DNA of 63,245 bases, the filler included, from Candidatus Zapsychrus exili (GTDB lineage: Bacteria; Omnitrophota; Gorgyraeia; Zapsychrales; Zapsychraceae): the NCBI GenBank assembly GCA_030765585.1. It is 8 parts of 8 records of this genome, joined end to end, with 100 filler letters (N's around TTAATTAATTAA, not from the genome) between each part and the next. Parts side by side here need not be neighbours in the genome. Positions count along the whole stretch, not along the records: positions 60,632 to 63,245 come from JAVCCJ010000082.1; 7 more parts are not named here. One strand, written 5' to 3'. The position numbers were made by a program, and so were the translations under genes. This document shows, in pieces, positions 60,532 through 63,245 of this stretch. The notes under the pieces are model-generated. The model was not told the origin of the DNA and ran no database searches. It saw only the letters and a list, made by a program, of their open reading frames with translations. Positions within the stretch are counted from its first letter, which is position 1. Each line of letters begins with the position of its first letter.

Positions 60532-60631
60532 NNNNNNNNNNNNNNNNNNNNNNNNNNNNNNNNNNNNNNNNNNNNTTAATTAATTAANNNNNNNNNNNNN
60601 NNNNNNNNNNNNNNNNNNNNNNNNNNNNNNN
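60532..60631. other. Artificial contig linker
   Basis: N44-TTAATTAATTAA-N44. Confidence 0.99.
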
Positions 60632-60711
60632 AAAGTGAAATTCGTAAAGTAATGGCAAGCCTTTAGTAGAATGTTAAAATTTATTATTTCAAAGCACCTC
60701 ATTTTTAGAGA

Positions 60712-60757
60712 GGTGTTTTTTTGTTCCCAAACGTTTCAACGCGCGTTGAAACATTCA
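60712..60757 (+). repeat. 46-bp direct repeat, left of R-M pair
   Basis: GGTGTTTTTTTGTTCCCAAACGTTTCAACGCGCGTTGAAACATTCA; 44/46 identical to 62922-62967. Confidence 0.9.
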
Positions 60758-60886
60758 ACCAACCCCGCCAAAGAACACTAAAAATTGCAAAATAGCGCTG
60801 AAGGGCGCTTCTTCTTGTCTAAAAGTAGGTTTGGAGGTAGAATTAGCATATAAGCAAATATTTAATTTTTTAAGAAATTAATTTTT

Positions 60887-61750
60887 ATGGAAGAATATAA
60901 GGAGTTTAACATCAGATTTAAATTATTAATAAGTAAAAGAAAAGATTTGATTGTAAATACACTTTCAAATATTTTTACGATGAGATTAATAGGAAATAAG
61001 ACGCACGGAGATCTAGCCGAGATTGGGATAGCTGAGTTTATTAATCAATTTATGTATGACTTTAAAAGTATCCATGTGGGCAAGGATTTATTTCGAGCTA
61101 AAGAACATGAAGAAGACATTGTTATTATTAATGAGATTAAAAAGACAAAGTTTCCATTAAGTTTGAAGGCATATGGAAATGGCCCATTGCAACTTTCTAC
61201 TGATAGCGATCAAAATATGTTTCCTTTTCTTGAAAAGCAAGGCAAGGACATAAAAGATAAAATTAAAATTAAGGAAATTTTTAATTCGAAGGAATTTTCT
61301 GATTTCAATGCGATAAATGTGATGCCACTTATTTATGATGAGAAAAAACAACGGTGCAATATAATGATATTTGACCATGAAAAAGCTATAGAAAAAACAG
61401 AAAGAATCGTTTATATTGATGAAAAGCAAAGTTTTAATAAAGAGTCGGGAACTGTTGTTCCTGGAAAGGGAAGGAAGCACCCGATTTTTATGTTTGTTGA
61501 TGCTGATGATAATTATATTTGTGAAGTAAGATATGGCGGCGCTGCTGCAAATGCTTTGCAGAGAGGTCTTTGGACGCATACTAAAAACGCTATTTCCCAT
61601 TTCGATTCTTTGACAAGTGGCTGGATTGATTATTCTCATAATCATACACTTGTAAGATTATTTAGTTTAGCATTAAATAGTACTGAACAAGGGCACAAAA
61701 TTGCAAACGAAATTTTGCAAAAAGATATTGATAAATTAAAGACCTCATGA
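60887..61750 (+). CDS. Putative type II restriction endonuclease (PD-(D/E)xK)
   Basis: GDLAE..EEDIV..LSLK pattern; ATGA overlap with the downstream MTase. Confidence 0.7.
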   Translation: MEEYKEFNIRFKLLISKRKDLIVNTLSNIFTMRLIGNKTHGDLAEIGIAEFINQFMYDFKSIHVGKDLFRAKEHEEDIVIINEIKKTKFPLSLKAYGNGPLQLSTDSDQNMFPFLEKQGKDIKDKIKIKEIFNSKEFSDFNAINVMPLIYDEKKQRCNIMIFDHEKAIEKTERIVYIDEKQSFNKESGTVVPGKGRKHPIFMFVDADDNYICEVRYGGAAANALQRGLWTHTKNAISHFDSLTSGWIDYSHNHTLVRLFSLALNSTEQGHKIANEILQKDIDKLKTS

Positions 61751-62883
61751 CAAATAAAGAGCTAGATGTACATGCAAAAAGTATTTCAGCAACGCCAAAA
61801 ACTGAAGGTATAAAATATGCAGGTTCTAAATTAAAAATTCTTCCTTACATCATTGAAATATTAAGTGATCTGAAAGATGTTAAAAGGGTAATGGATGGCT
61901 TTTCTGGAACTACTCGTGTTGCTCAAGCGCTTGCCCAACTTGGTTACGATGTAACGGCAAGTGATATTTCTGAATGGTCAGAAGTTTTTGCTAATTGCTA
62001 TTTAAAATCAAAAAAGCCTGATAAATTCTATCAAGAAATTATAGATCGTCTGAATAATTTAAAAGGATATAGTGGCTGGTATACAGAACATTATGGCGCT
62101 AAAACAGAGGGGGGCACAAAAATGCCATTTCAAGAAAAAAATACGCACAAATTAGATGCTATACGAGATGAAATCGAAAAACTAAATTTAGAATGGGTTG
62201 ATAAATGCGTTATCCTTGCAAGCTTAATATATGCTTTGGATTCTGTTGATAGTACTATGGGGCATTATGTTTCATATTTATCCAAATGGTCGTCTCGCTC
62301 ACATAAGGACTTATTCTTAAAATTGCCGAAAAGATTTGATAGTAAGGGTGAACACAGAATTATAAAGGGAGATATCTTTGAAACAATTAAAGATGATACA
62401 TATGATTTAGTGTATCTTGATCCACCTTATGGTTCAAATAATGAAAAAATGCCACCAAGCAGAGTTCGGTATGCTTCTTACTATCATATTTGGACAACAA
62501 TCATAAAGCATGATAAGCCGATTGTTTTCGGGAAAGTTAATCGTAGGGAGGATAGTCGAGATTTAATAGCCGGTTCAATTTTTGAAGAATTTCGAAAGAA
62601 TGAAGACGGCTCTTTTATAGCTATGCAAGCATTGCGTAAACTAGTAAAGGAAACGAAAGCGCGTTACATTTTATTATCGTATAGCTCAGGCGGTAGAGCT
62701 ACAAAAGAAGAGCTTAATGAAATAATTAATGAATCGGGAACGTTAGTAAAAGCTATTGAAATTGATTATACAAAAAATGTAATGAGTAATATGCGCTGGA
62801 CAAATAAGTGGATAAATAGCGATGGGAAACATCATGAATATTTATTCTTAATGAAAAAAAGTACTAATAAAAAGAAAAAATAG
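61747..62883 (+). CDS. D12-class N6-adenine DNA methyltransferase
   Basis: KYAGSK, DGFSGT (motif I), YLDPPY (motif IV), LLSYS. Confidence 0.92.
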   Translation: MTNKELDVHAKSISATPKTEGIKYAGSKLKILPYIIEILSDLKDVKRVMDGFSGTTRVAQALAQLGYDVTASDISEWSEVFANCYLKSKKPDKFYQEIIDRLNNLKGYSGWYTEHYGAKTEGGTKMPFQEKNTHKLDAIRDEIEKLNLEWVDKCVILASLIYALDSVDSTMGHYVSYLSKWSSRSHKDLFLKLPKRFDSKGEHRIIKGDIFETIKDDTYDLVYLDPPYGSNNEKMPPSRVRYASYYHIWTTIIKHDKPIVFGKVNRREDSRDLIAGSIFEEFRKNEDGSFIAMQALRKLVKETKARYILLSYSSGGRATKEELNEIINESGTLVKAIEIDYTKNVMSNMRWTNKWINSDGKHHEYLFLMKKSTNKKKK

Positions 62884-62921
62884 AAGTAACTATAGATGTA
62901 ACTATTTAAAACACCCCTGTG

Positions 62922-62967
62922 GGTGTTTTTTTGTTCCCAAACGTTTCAACGCGCGTCGCAACATTCA
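62922..62967 (+). repeat. 46-bp direct repeat, right of R-M pair
   Basis: GGTGTTTTTTTGTTCCCAAACGTTTCAACGCGCGTCGCAACATTCA. Confidence 0.9.
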
Positions 62968-63016
62968 TTCATGCCTTTTTATTGCAAAAAATAACTTAAA
63001 AGAGTAGGCTTAAGGC

Positions 63017-63175
63017 ATGGCTAAATTGGATATATTTAAAAAAATAAATCGAAATGCTTTTAACGAAAAGCTTATTCACAGATATCTTTTTGAAAGATAT
63101 TATTTAGGTATTCTAAGCGATGAAGAGGCTAAACGAGCTCACGAGGTTGGGATGAATATGGATAATTGGATATAA
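63017..63175 (+). CDS. Short hypothetical ORF or gene remnant
   Basis: 52-aa ORF MAKLDIFKKINRNAFNEKLIHRYLFERYY... after the right repeat; no recognisable family. Confidence 0.3.
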   Translation: MAKLDIFKKINRNAFNEKLIHRYLFERYYLGILSDEEAKRAHEVGMNMDNWI

Positions 63176-63245
63176 TAAGTAAAATCATTGACAAAATTAT
63201 AAATATAGTGTAATATATATTGTTAACAAATGTAGCTTAAAAACT

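Noticed and set aside
60733..62962. GTTTCAA...TTGAAAC resembling CRISPR repeat ends
   Set aside because: Only two copies, 2.2 kb apart, with genes between them; no spacer periodicity and no cas genes.

Overview
The window is not one locus. It is eight AT-rich contigs joined by artificial 100-nt linkers (N44-TTAATTAATTAA-N44), so synteny across linkers means nothing. Most contigs look like an Omnitrophota-type genome bin: tandem GT-C/TPR (TMTC-like) glycosyltransferases, a giant-protein C-terminus with DxAM linkers and a GGIDLNP motif, housekeeping genes, and a RAYT transposase with GTAG REPINs. Contig 2 looks Patescibacteria-like. The most striking structure is contig 5 (46242-53405). It is an integrase-free array of short cargo cassettes (cyclase-like, DsrE, GDT1, an ArsP/ArsE/ArsF/ArsG-like operon, PNPOx-like, 4Fe-4S membrane protein, carbonic anhydrase-like) separated by six related sites. 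These sites end in a tRNA-3'-end-like GG(G/C)GAGCCA, are followed by a hairpin and promoter, and read antisense as WL(P/A)xxDEF tails resembling large serine recombinase C-termini. This suggests an integron-like cassette array built by a tRNA-targeting serine recombinase acting in trans (inference). Other notable items: a XerCD dif-like site beside a defence-like island (Zn-finger/SF1 helicase/Vsr-like protein, membrane protein plus MBL hydrolase, free-standing LAGLIDADG, repeated promoter-hairpin units); a truncated large serine recombinase with an HTH operator switch; and a type II R-M pair flanked by 46-bp direct repeats. All product calls come from motif recognition by eye; no searches were run.
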